DNA of 63,593 bases, counting the filler, from Olpidium bornovanus S191 (Eukaryota; Fungi; Olpidiomycota): assembly GCA_017911155.1 (NCBI GenBank). It is 29 parts of 29 records of this genome, joined end to end, with 100 filler letters (N's around TTAATTAATTAA, not from the genome) between each part and the next. Parts side by side here need not be neighbours in the genome. Positions count along the whole stretch, not along the records: positions 45,944 to 47,881 come from JAEFCI010004423.1; positions 47,982 to 50,213 come from JAEFCI010002390.1; positions 50,314 to 53,322 come from JAEFCI010008145.1; positions 53,423 to 57,448 come from JAEFCI010004541.1; positions 57,549 to 58,613 come from JAEFCI010010116.1; 24 more parts are not named here. One strand, 5' to 3'. Both the position numbers and the translations under genes were made by a program. The notes under the pieces are model-generated. The model searched no databases and was not told the DNA's origin. It was given only the letters and a program-made list of their open reading frames with translations. The stretch's first letter is position 1. Each line of letters opens with the position of its first letter. Shown here one piece after another: positions 47,185 through 58,713 of the stretch.

Positions 47185-47881
47185 ATGTGCAGCGCCGAGA
47201 GCTGGCGCAAGTTCTATGCTTGCCGCTCAACGAGAGATCCGGCGGCCGGCGCGGGCTGCACGGAAGCTTTTCGGCGGATAGCCGGCGGCGGCGGCGGAGG
47301 CGACGGCGGGGGGGCCGACGACGGTAGGGGCGACGGCGGATTGCGGCGCCGGGCGGAGACGACGGCGCCGTCCGAAGGAGGAGAAGGAGACGCCGAAGGA
47401 GGAGGCGGTTCGGAGAAAACGCTGACCGCCAGCCGCGGTGACGGCGACGGCGGGGTGCGGCGCCGGCTGGAGACGACGGCTCCGTGCGAAGAAGGAGGAG
47501 GAGACGCCGGAGGAGGAGGCGTTTCGGAGAAAACGCTGACTTTCCGCCGCGAAGACGGCGACGGCGACGGCGACGGCGACAGTCCCTCCGCCCGCCGCGC
47601 GTGGTCGCGGCGCCGCCTTGAGGAGGAGCTGGACGACCTCACGAAGGAGAACTACGACCTGAGGCGCCGCCTCCGCCAGTTTGAGACAGACAAGGCCGCC
47701 CTGCGTTCACGACGCGCCGGTTCGACCGAGCGCGCGCTGCTGGCGGCCGCCTCGCAGTTGGGGACCGTCGGCGCGGACATCTCGCGTGACCACGGGAGGC
47801 AGCAGGCGCGCCTCCTGGCCCTCCAGGTCTGCGCCAGGCGCACGGAGCGCCGCGTCGAGCGTCTCGAAGACCTGAGCATGA
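47185..47881 (+). CDS. Unknown coiled-coil protein with a 38-aa internal duplication, partial
   Basis: LEEELDDLTKENYDLRRRLRQFE heptads; 114-bp in-frame duplication at about 47329-47556. Confidence 0.5.
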
Positions 47882-48207
47882 NNNNNNNNNNNNNNNNNNN
47901 NNNNNNNNNNNNNNNNNNNNNNNNNTTAATTAATTAANNNNNNNNNNNNNNNNNNNNNNNNNNNNNNNNNNNNNNNNNNNNGGCACCGCGGAACGCTTCT
48001 TTCGTGCTTGACTTTTCTTGTCCTGCCGCTTTGCAAGGACATCAACTGTGGTTGTCTCTTGTCTCTCGTCTTGGACGATGGTTTCATTCCGATCGACGCA
48101 TGCGCGGCAGAAGGGTTGACGGTCATCAACCTGCCCGGCCGGGGGCAAGTCCCTCGGGGATTACATGCGAACCAGAGTTTGATTTCGCATCGGCTTTTCT
48201 GCGTCGA

Positions 48208-48227
48208 TTTCCTGCAGGTTCTAGAAT
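48208..48227. promoter_or_regulatory. Gap-type heat-shock element upstream of HSP104
   Basis: TTC-N7-TTC-NN-GAA (TTCCTGCAGGTTCTAGAA) about 240 bp before the ATG. Confidence 0.55.
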
Positions 48228-48463
48228 CGAACGGACGACGTTAGGCGAAGTGGCCCCTTTCCCCCGCGCCCCTTGCCCGGCGCCGCCCCTTGTCCCCGGC
48301 CCCCCCCCCCCTTCCCCCCCGGAAAAAAGAGACGGTCAAAGCCACAAAAACCGAACTACCGCAGCAGATAGAATCCGCAACGCACTGAATCCCAGGAGCC
48401 GACGACTCGGGACTGCGAAAAGCCAAGGAGAAGGAGCCGAGAAAAGCAACCGCCGTTTCCAAA

Positions 48464-50213
48464 ATGTCTATCAACCCGGATTCGTTCACGTGAGCCGGGG
48501 GGCCTGCGCCTTTCTCCGCGCTCTTTTTTGGCTCGGCGGCGCTCGCCGGCTGGCTTCTTCGCGGTTACCGTCGCTTGTTGCCCGCTCTGCTGAAAAAGAA
48601 AAAAAATTTTGTGGGGGGGGGGGGTTTTTGTCCCGTTTTTCTGTTCAGCGACAAGACAGCGAAAATCCTGAGCGCGGCCTCAGAGCTCGCGAGGGACTAC
48701 TGCCATGTGCAGCTGGTGAGACTTGTTATCCGGCGAACTTCACGCGCCGTTCGCATTTGGCGGAACGAGACCGATCGACGAAACCTTCCTCCAACGCGTT
48801 GTTTACTCCGAATATCCGCGCGTTGGTTCATGGTCGCTAGTCACACTTGCACGTGGCGTGTGCTCTCCTCGATGACGAGGACGGCTTGTTCAAGAATGTG
48901 CTCCAGCGTGCAGGGACAGACCCCGCAGCCGTGGAGCGCCTGTTCAAGCGCGCCATTGTCCGCCTGCCCGCTCAGGACCCGGCTCCCGAGCAGCTCAGCA
49001 TGGCCCCGCAGACCCTCAAGCTGCTTCGTGCCGCCGCCGACATCCAGAAAAAACAGAAGGATTCGCACATCGCCGTTGACCATCTCATCGTGGCCTTATT
49101 TGAGACGGACGCAAAAAAGATTTTCGATGAGGCGGCCATTTCTAGGAAGCAGATCGAGAACGCTGTTTCGCAGATTCGCGGCAACAGGAGGGTTGAGAAC
49201 AAGTCCGCTGAGGAGGGTTACGAAGGTAGGCAACGTGCAAGCCGCGATTTTCGGAATTTGAGGGAGGCGGAATCGTTTGTGGAAGGATTATTTTGCTGCC
49301 TATTTTTTTTTGCGTTTCCACCCTCGCCGTAAATTTGATTTCTTCCATAGCGGTTTTCCCGCTTATTTTTCGATATTTTTCCTTTCTGTTTATTGGCTTT
49401 CTGAAGTTTCAATAACCGAGTTTGGCCATTATCGCTCTCCACAGCTCTCAGCAAGTATGCGATCGACCTGATCGCCCTGGTCGAGGCGGGAAAATTGGAT
49501 CCCGTCATTGGACGCGACCAGGAGATTCGCCGCGTGATTCAGATCTTGTCGCGGCGCACCAAGAACAACCCGGTCCTTATCGGCCCTCCAGGCGTCGGAA
49601 AGGTGTGGAGGAAAATCGAGTATTCTATCCGTTTTTCGCCTTTTTCTTAGTATCTATCATCATTGCCGTTTTTTCGTCGTGTCTGTGTCGGCATTTTTGC
49701 TTTGCTTTTCATTTTTAATCCCTCTCCGATGTATGCCGATCCTTGAGGCCCTTCTTGTGCCGCCCTAATGCTGTCGGCTTTAACTTCGTATTTGGTAGCT
49801 GCGGAGACTGATGCTGGTTTACGCCCTTTGAAAGACTGCCATTGCTGAAGGTCTCGCACAGCGCATTGTCCGCCGGGATATCCCGTCGAATTTGCAATGC
49901 AAGCTGTTTTCCCTCGACATGGGTGCGCTGATAGCCGGCGCAAAGTACCGTGGAGAGTTTGAAGAGCGCCTGAAAGCTGTGCTCAAGGAGATCAAGGATT
50001 CCCAGACGCCCATTATCCTGTTTATTGATGAGATCCACACCGTGCTTGGAGCGGGCAAGACCGATGGATCTATGGTTTGTGTCATTCTTTGACTCATGGG
50101 CCTTGCCGATGTCGCTATGGTGTGTACATTCCGCTAACGGTTGAAAGATTAGGATGCGGCAAACCTTTTGAAGCCGATGTTGGCCCGCGGAGAGCTCCGC
50201 TGCATTGGCGCCA
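48464..50213 (+). CDS. HSP104: Hsp104/ClpB disaggregase, N-terminal domain and NBD1, partial
   Basis: MSINPDSFT|DKT; [37 protein letters not shown]|[11 protein letters not shown]; [13 protein letters not shown]; LFIDEIH; [20 protein letters not shown]. Confidence 0.97.
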
Positions 50214-50973
50214 NNNNNNNNNNNNNNNNNNNNNNNNNNNNNNNNNNNNNNNNNNNNTTAATTAATTAANNNNNNNNNNNNNNNNNNNNNNNNNNNNNNN
50301 NNNNNNNNNNNNNAAGAAGATGTACTGCGCCAATACGCACCTCTTGGGTCCCCGCTTCGGTTTTCGATCTGGCGCAAACTGCCTGACGTTCACCCCACCA
50401 CGCTGTTTTGGCACCAGCCAGGACGTGCAACATGTGGTGGAGGGGGAAGAGTGAGTGGGGTCCCGTATGGGAGACCTTTGGTCGCAGTGATGGTGTCCCC
50501 ACACCCACCCCCCCTTCCTCATCCCCTCCTCCTCACCCCCATCCCCATCCCCCCACCTCACTCACCCTAGTATTTAAACGTACTCTCACTGTTGGCATTT
50601 GGCACGTGGCAGACTGAACGTTGATTTATTTTGGAATAGCGTTTCTGCCATAAGGCAAAACGCACAAAGAGATTCAGGCTGACGTAAAAACCTGCTGAAT
50701 CCACACGCCATTGTTGTGACGGAAGAATCCACGAGGAATCTCAAAAAACTTGGGAAAACACACGTTCCGATATCGGCCCTGCGGTGATGAGGAATGGGAA
50801 GTCCAGCCTTGCGAACGTTCGCTTAATTTGGTGGGTTTCCCGGTGTCGACCTGGCCCACCGCGTTTTGCATAGGAATACGCCCCAAGAACGCAGACGAGG
50901 CCACGTTCCAACAATCCGAACCGCGGCGGATGAAACCGACCGGGGAACGGGGAAGGCAGCAATTATTAACAAT

Positions 50974-52768
50974 TCACCCTGGCGGGGCAAACGGACTCGG
51001 AAAATTACGCGCGTTAAGCAGCACGCCTTTCACGGCACGTATGTCGTCCTTCAACGCGGCGACTGCCTCGCCGTGCGCCTGATCCGCGTTCGCGTGCCTC
51101 ACCCCGTTCTCGCCTTCTTCCCCGCCGGAACCGGCTCCCGCGCCGGGGTAAAAAAGCGGCGGCCGGTAAGGCGGGTCGACGGCAGCGAGGAGCCTGCGGA
51201 GCCCTCCGCCGGCGGCCTTGGTCGACCGGATGGCCCGGACGATCCGCTTCCGCGTCGCCGTGACCTCCTCCGCGCGCCGAGCGAACTCGTGGACGGCCAG
51301 CGCGCACTTTGGCAGAGTCCTGCTCACCAGGCGAGACACGGCCAGTTCGGGGGGATGGTCGAGGCGAGGCGTCACGTGCGATGCAGAGACCTGGCGTGTC
51401 TGCCGGCCGGGGTCGACGGAGGCCGCCGCGTTCCCCTCTTTTTCTTGCTCCGTCCTTCTGCGCGTCCCGTCTGCGGCCAACGCTCGGGACACGTCCTCTG
51501 TCGCTTCCGCGCGCAACGCCGCCGCCCTTTTCTGCTCGTCGATGACTGAATCAGGCAAAGGTAATAACAACGCTTGCAAGGCGCGCACGTTGCCCACAAA
51601 TGTAGACCAGCGGAGATACTGGGAGCTGTACAGCAGGCGCTGCATGAGGAGTATCCGTCCGAGTGCATTATTGAGCAATCGCTGTTACGAAAAGCAAGAA
51701 ACGTGAGCACGGTTTCCACCGGCTTGTGTCCGCCGCAGAGGGCCGGGACAACGCAGGAATATTGACGGGCGGACGCCACCTGCAGCAGTCCGGCCAGACC
51801 TCCGCAGGCGGACGCCGCAAAAATGATCAGCGCTATTAGTGACAGCGGAGGCGACAATCGGGGTGCAACGGGCCGCGGAGGCTCGAAGGGGTGCGTGACT
51901 GACACGGGGTACGCGGAAGCAGGCGGCCTTGGTGGTAGCGGCGGCGGTAAGGCAGGGCTGGCGGTCATACCAGGGCGGTCGGAAAAGGACTTGGAGCCTG
52001 GCCATTTCTAACAGACCCAAAATGTCAACGTTGCCGCGGGCGCGACCGGGCGTACGCTTTTCCCTGTTTTGTAAACGGCAATCCGTCGAAGCTTCAAATA
52101 CGTACGGATAGGGCGAGCGCCTTCTGTCTGGCCAGCGCCGTCTCCTCAGCCGTCAATCCCTTCTTTTGCAGGAACGCGTTCTGGCGTTCTATGCTCGCCT
52201 CGCGCACCGGAGGCGAGGAGAGAAAGGAAGCAGCTTGGGACACCAGGTGTTCGCGCGGCGGGACGCGCCCCGCGTCATCGGCGGCGCCAGGAGGAGGAGG
52301 AAGAGGAACAGACGGCTCGTTCCCGGTTTCGGCGACGTAATCGACCTTGCCGTCGACTTTGTCCGTCCCGGGGTCGACACCGCGCGGCTCCGTCCGCCCG
52401 GCCTGCAACAGCTCACTCCTCGCGGCTCGTTCCTCCGGGGTCAGCCGCCTGACGCCCAACTTTCTGAGCCTCTCCTCGGTGCGGACCCTCCCCGGGTCCG
52501 TTTCGCCGATCTCAGAAACGTTCGGCTCCGCGGGGAGTCCGGCCGGGGCGTCGTGAACCGCCGCAGGCCCGCCGTCGGCCGGGACGTCGTAAACCGCTGC
52601 GCCATCCCCGGCATCGTCCGGACGGTCGGAAGAGCGCGGAGGAGTTGACGGGGACTCCTGAGCAGCGGTCCCCGCTGGCCGTCGCCCGGCAGAATCACTC
52701 CCGCCGCCGGCGCTCCCGTTTCGCTCCCGGCCGCTGGCGGTCTCTTCGCTGTCCGACGGTGGGGTCAT
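50974..52768 (-). CDS. PEX14: Peroxin Pex14
   Basis: REHLVSQAASFLSSPPVREASIERQNAFLQKKGLTAEE (Pex14_N); central TM segment LIALIIFAASACGGLAGLL; C-terminal LKDDIRAVKGVLLNARNFP. Confidence 0.88.
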
Positions 52769-53422
52769 TTTTTTTTTTTTTTCCAGGTCGAAGAAAGCTA
52801 GGGATGATCTTCCCTGCTGCCGCCGCCTCGAGACACGCAGACACGGCGGGAGGCAGAAGGAAACAGGGCGATGGCGGCGGAAGCCTTCCGCTTCTTCCGG
52901 CCGCGCCTGCAGCCGTTGAAACCGTAAGAACTTTCCTGCTCACGCGCACCAACAGGCAGGCAGGCGGAATTTTTGTCTCATCCTCGAGACATACAATAAA
53001 TATTTACAGATATAATTAAACAACCAACTTCTACACATAACTAATTTGTTTGGAGAGAAGAACATATAACGTGTAACCATCGTATGTTTAAAATATGCTT
53101 GGCCATTTCACAGGTTCTCAAACAACAGAAGAGTGAAGGCGGCAACACCTCGCAGTTGCTGCGGGAAACTTCTCTGCGCTTCAATAAATGGCGACGCGCA
53201 CAGCACAGGTGGCGTCGTCCAACTTGATTCAAATTTCTTTGCAAGCTGCACTCCTCCATCGTGTGATAACCCTCTGAAAAAAGTCCGATAACATTAATGT
53301 ACAAATGTAGTATATTTACATGNNNNNNNNNNNNNNNNNNNNNNNNNNNNNNNNNNNNNNNNNNNNTTAATTAATTAANNNNNNNNNNNNNNNNNNNNNN
53401 NNNNNNNNNNNNNNNNNNNNNN

Positions 53423-53930
53423 CCATGGGGAGCGCCAATCCTGTTCGTCAAAAAAAGGGATCCAAGAAGCTGAGAATGTGCATCAACTACCGATGCCTCA
53501 ACGCGGTCACGGTCAAAGATGCCACTCCCCTGGTGCTGCCAGACAAGATGCGTCATAGATTGGCCGGCGCCAAGGTCTTTTCGGCCCTAGACCTCACCCA
53601 GGGATATTATCAGATCCCTGCAGCTGAAAAAGACATTGAGAAGATAGCCTTCAAGACGCGTTACGGTCACTTCGAATGGACCGTCATGCCCTTCGGACTC
53701 TGTAACGTGTCGGCAACGTTCATCCGGTGGATCAACTCCGTCCTTGGAGATCTCACAGATCTGTGCGTCGTCGCGTACATGGACAACGTGCTCATCTACT
53801 CCAAGGACGAAGACGATCACCGAGAACACTTACGACAGGTCTTCCAGAAGTTCTGCGAGCACCAAGTCTACGTGAATCTCGCGAAGTCATTCTTTGGAAG
53901 ATCGTTTGTCAAGTTCCTTGCCACATCTTT
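53423..53930 (+). mobile_element. Ty3/gypsy reverse transcriptase, inactivated
   Basis: WGAPILFVKK (frameshift) LRMCINYRCLN..LDLTQGYYQI..AFKTRYGHFEWTVMPFGL..YMDN (YxDD mutated). Confidence 0.95.
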
Positions 53931-54229
53931 GACACGACAGACATTTGCGTCAAAGATGATTATTGCCAAGCCGTCGATTTCGACGACGGTTTGCCGAACC
54001 GGGGGAAGAGGAGACACTGTGGGTTGGAGGCGACGCGGACTGCGGAGTCTATGTTGAGACGTTTGCGGAGTCGGCCGAGGAACGGTTCGACGAGGCGACT
54101 CGCGCGGGAGAAGGAGGGGGTAGAATCGAGTTAACGTCCATGAGCGAGGTCGAGCTCTTGGTCGAACTACTGCGCGGGTTCGAAGTGGCCCGCGGCGCGC
54201 ATGTCAATGCCGGCTACAAGGCGGTGGCG

Positions 54230-54480
54230 CAGAGAGTGCCGCAAGCCACGGAGATGCCGGTTGACGCCCATGAACGCGTGGAGCGAGCCCAGGGCGAACC
54301 GCGGCTTCCCCCTATCAAGTCGATTGTGCATCGTTTTACTCTAGAGACGCTGGCAGCAGTGACGATTGGTGGCGACGGGGGGCTCTCGACCCAGGAAATT
54401 TGATTGTTCCGGGAGACGCTGGAGCCGCTAGGCAAGGCCTTCGCTTTCGAAAGAGAATGAAACTGGCTCGGTGGACCCGA
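54230..54480 (+). mobile_element. Divergent decayed gypsy pre-RT fragment, same family as 18869-19900 and 58130-58613
   Basis: HRFTLETLAAVTIGGDGGLSTQEI*LFRETLEPLGKAFAF. Confidence 0.75.
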
Positions 54481-55669
54481 ACGTGGTTGCGCCAAATTTG
54501 GGCGGTCGGGTGGCGTGGCCGTACCTTGTTCGCAGTGCCGACGCTCGTCGCCGGGTGCGTATCTACTCGTTGTGGGATGACCACGCGTTGTCCACGGGAC
54601 ATATTTGGCCTGAAACGAGCAGCTGCTCGTCGGGCGGTCAACCCTAGGCGAGTTCACCGGGTTCAAGCACCGTTTGGGTTGTACCTCACTTAGGCTTTGC
54701 CGCGCGTACACTCTCCGGTCCTCCGGTGATGTGCGCCGGCTCGTTATGAGGTAGCCACGCGGCGGAGGGCCTCGCCGCCAAGGGGTGCATGCTGTAGGAG
54801 CGGCTGCGACAGGCTGTTACCGCGTTCAAGAATTCAGCGCGCTGGTCGCCCCGATGAATCCTTTGCACACTGATCACTGCCTGCCCGCCAGCTTTTCTCT
54901 ACGTGCGTTTTCTCGAAACTGTGCTGGTCCTTCAAAAAGCTGTATTCAAGTTTCCCGGGAAGGGGCCCACTTTGCCACCATTGGCAACAATTTTCCAAGA
55001 CATGTTTGGAATCGCGTTGCTAACAACCCCAATCCCGCTACTTTGGTCAACATAGTGGCAAGCAATGGGGTTTTTCCCGCTAGTCTGTTGAACACGGGTC
55101 CTCCCGCGTGATTTCTTGGTGGGGCAGAGGCAACTTATTCAGGACCTGCTGGGGAGTAGGTTTTTCTTTTTTTTTCCTTGGAAAAAGGGGAAGCATTTTT
55201 CCTGCGGGTGGAAATGTAATTCTAGAATGTATGCCTACAATATTACATATAGTCAGTAGTAATGATGTGCTATTACTTTATTATGCATTAGTGCAGCAAT
55301 TTATGCAATTTACTTTGCGTGATTGATAATACATTTGATATCTTTCTCTAACCATTACATTATGGCCATATTTTGCAGCTCAAGAGTATATTGCAATACC
55401 GAAATGGAGTCGTCCAGTGTGGTGTCGACTATAATTGCAAATAACATCGTTAATAATTTCTGTATATTGCGGTTCGACGGGGCGAGACATCCGTTCATTC
55501 GGGCTTGGCCCCTGAAGAACTGACGTATCCCCCCTTCTCCCCGTCTCTCCTGGTGATCCTTCCTTCTCCCCCTTCCCCCGTGACGCAAGTCGTTCGTAAC
55601 CCAAAGACGCCACGCGGACCAGGCAGCAACCTTGCAGGCCGGCGACCCGGCTGCCGCAGCACGCCGCTC

Positions 55670-57448
55670 ATGGCGCGAGGTTCAAGGGCTCGCGGCGAAG
55701 GCGGAGGAGGTCGGTGCCGGCAACTCTCTTCCTACCGTCCCCCGCACAACTCGAGGCGGAACCGCTCTCGGTGCGTGCAGAAGCTGGGCAGCTTCCGGAC
55801 GCCCTGGCGCTTGTCGTCGCCGCTCACCGCGTGCAAAGCAGGTGTGGACAAAGACGATCCGCGCGCAAATTGACCTTCGCTTCCCCGCCTTCTCTGCACT
55901 TGCAGCGATCGCGGTGTAGAGTCGCTTGCCGAGCTGGTCCAACGCGAAAGGGGGAACGATAATGTCGGTGAGTGTCCCAACTTAGCGGCACGTGCTTGCC
56001 CTTTTGTACCTTTCCTGGACGAGAACTGAACGCTCGTATGGAACAACTGCCCTTTTTTCGTTTGCACGCACAGGTTGCTCGCCGTTCCCGCTGCCCGTAG
56101 CAATGTGGGTGAGTGCATGGTAATAAATTCCACTGGAGACAGGTGGCCGCGTAACTGCCCCAGTCCCTGACAGTAGTTTGCAGGATTTCAAGCATTGCGA
56201 CCCGAAGCGCTGCTCTGGTAACAAGCTGGCAAGGCTGGGCGTGATACAGCTTTTGAAAATCAACCAGCGGTTTCGCGGTATCGTGCTGAGGTAACACTTT
56301 GAGCGGCTAGTTGGCATCGGCGGCGGTTGAAGCTGAGGTGGCGTTGCTGCTGTGCTGATCGAAAGCAGCGTTTCCGACTGACTGTGGGCTTCATTGCTTT
56401 GTCTCGTAAAATCCGGCTTTGTCTCGTAAAATCCGGCTTTGTCCAGCTCCGAAGGCAAGAAGGCGGTTTCGCGTGCGGACAGGGCGATCATTGAAGAATA
56501 CGGCTTGGCGGTGGTCGACTGCTCGTGGGCGAAGCTGGACGAAGTGCCGTTCGCGAAACTGCGTGCGGAACACAACCGGCTTCGTGAGTAATACTCACCG
56601 GCTGCCTCGAGTCTCTCTGTTTAGATGCAACTCGCGGAGACATATCGTTTACCTCTCTTCTTCAGTACCGTATCTGGTTGCCGCGAACCCCGTCAATTAC
56701 GGAAGGCCATGGAAGCTGAACTGTGCCGAGGCCATCGCAGCTTGCTTTTTCATTACAGGTGACCGTTCTCATCTATTGGTGGGGCGATGTTTAGTTCTGT
56801 ATGAACGGTTTTCTGACCGGCAGGTTGTTCAGGATTGAAAGAATACGGCGACGAAATTATGGGAAAGTTCAAGTGGGGTCATTCCTTCTACGAGTTGAAC
56901 CGGTGCGGAGTTTCGCGTGCTATTGTTTGCCGCGCCGCGAAACCTGCGATTCGTCGCATTTTTGTAACTTGTATGTTTTGTATGATATACGCAGCTCATT
57001 GTTTCGCAGGTACCAATCTTGCGAGAATTCAGCCGAGATCATCTCGGTACAGCAAGAGTGGATGGAGGACCTTGAAAAGGAAAAACAAAGACGCCGCGGT
57101 AAGGGAGACTTTGGTCTTATGTCGCAGGCCGACCGAACCAGCTCTGATCCGGCGACCGCCTGTCACGCCCGCCTGGCGCAACAGATCGGGACAACGACGC
57201 AGTCGAAGACTTGTTCCGGAATCCGAACCACACCAATGGGATTACAGACTTTTCGGAAGAGTGAGTGATCATCACGCGGTCACTTGCGAGTGGACAACAG
57301 TATCACTCCCGCTCAACATTTACTTTGTTAGGTCATGTAGCACCGATAATGAATCGATAACTACGGAAAGCGAAGGCGAGGAAATTGACCAGTTCGCGGA
57401 TGAAGAGGTCGTGACGGACAGACGAGCCGAGTGTGGATTGGATGAAGG
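55670..57448 (+). CDS. TSR3: 18S rRNA aminocarboxypropyltransferase Tsr3, multi-exon (start uncertain)
   Basis: Spliced FPLPVAMW|[12 protein letters not shown]; VVDCSWAKL; R.L|[25 protein letters not shown]; [10 protein letters not shown]. Confidence 0.95.
56397..56443 (+). repeat. 20-bp tandem duplication at a TSR3 intron 3' end
   Basis: CTTTGTCTCGTAAAATCCGG x2 plus a partial copy running into the CAG acceptor. Confidence 0.92.
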
Positions 57449-58129
57449 NNNNNNNNNNNNNNNNNNNNNNNNNNNNNNNNNNNNNNNNNNNNTTAATTAA
57501 TTAANNNNNNNNNNNNNNNNNNNNNNNNNNNNNNNNNNNNNNNNNNNNCTCCCTCCTTTTCCAGTCCTGCCATTTCGGTCAGTCGGTTTCGGGTATCACT
57601 CGCGGTAGCTCGTCCTTTCTTCCGTCGTCATACGCCGACAACGTCACGTTACTCAGCACAGATATAGCCAAACGGACTTCCCACTACCTGTCCTGCCCGG
57701 GAGCGTCAGCTTTTGGGGAAATAAATCGGCAGTTGAAGACAGGCGGCGGCGGGCCTTGTGGAAAGTCGTTGTTCCAGCTCTTGCACTCGAAACTCCAAAA
57801 CCCAGCCTCTGAATTCCAGTTCTCGCGAGCGTTCTCTCCGTCTCCCTTTCTCTTTCCCTCTCCTACTCGTTCTGGGGTTCGTTCGCTCGACGACTCTAAC
57901 ATTACTCGAGGACGCGTTCGTTCTATTCTGCGAGAGTTTCCGCCGCGGGTGGGCGTTCGGGAGGGGTCGTTCCAGAAATTTTTGGAGGGCGGGGCGGAAG
58001 AAGGAAATTCTTTTGGGGGGGGGAACCATATGTGTCTCGAGTCACAACGCGTAATCCTTCTTCTTCCGCAGCCTCGCGTTCAGCCCAATCTTTTATCGGT
58101 AGTCGCCTTGAGCTTCTCGCTTCACAACA

Positions 58130-58613
58130 GTGCGGCTACCCCCGAAGCTGCCGACCCCTCCGGAAGCGGAAGCGAAGGTGTACGCAGCATACAAGCCGGT
58201 GGCTCGGAAGGTGTGGCCGATGGCGGAGGAGCTGCCGCCGGGGGCGGATGAACGGATCGAACGAGCTCGGGCCGAGCCGCGGTTGCGGCCGGCGGTGTCG
58301 ATCGGGCACCGTTTTACCGAGGCAACCCTCGCGCAGCTGCGGATTGGGGGAGATGGGTTGCTGAGCGAACCGGAGGTCGCCCTGTTTCGGTCGATAATTC
58401 GGCCGCTTGGCAGAGCCTTTGCGTTTGACGACGACGAAATTGGTTCGGTCGACCCGCGGATCGTGGCACCGATGGTCATTTTCACCACGGCGCATGTGCC
58501 GTGGGAACTGAAGCTGCTGCCGATCCCGAGGGCCCATTATGACAAACTGCTGGAGCTGCTTCGAGCTTGAATCGCGCGGCGCGTCCTCGAGCCCGCCCAG
58601 GGGCCGTACGCAA
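58130..58613 (+). mobile_element. Ty3/gypsy pol pre-RT fragment
   Basis: HRFTEATLAQLRIGGDGLL..VPWELKLLPIPRAHYDKLLELLRA*IARRVLEPAQGPYA. Confidence 0.88.
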
Positions 58614-58713
58614 NNNNNNNNNNNNNNNNNNNNNNNNNNNNNNNNNNNNNNNNNNNNTTAATTAATTAANNNNNNNNNNNNNNNNNNNNNNNNNNNNNNN
58701 NNNNNNNNNNNNN

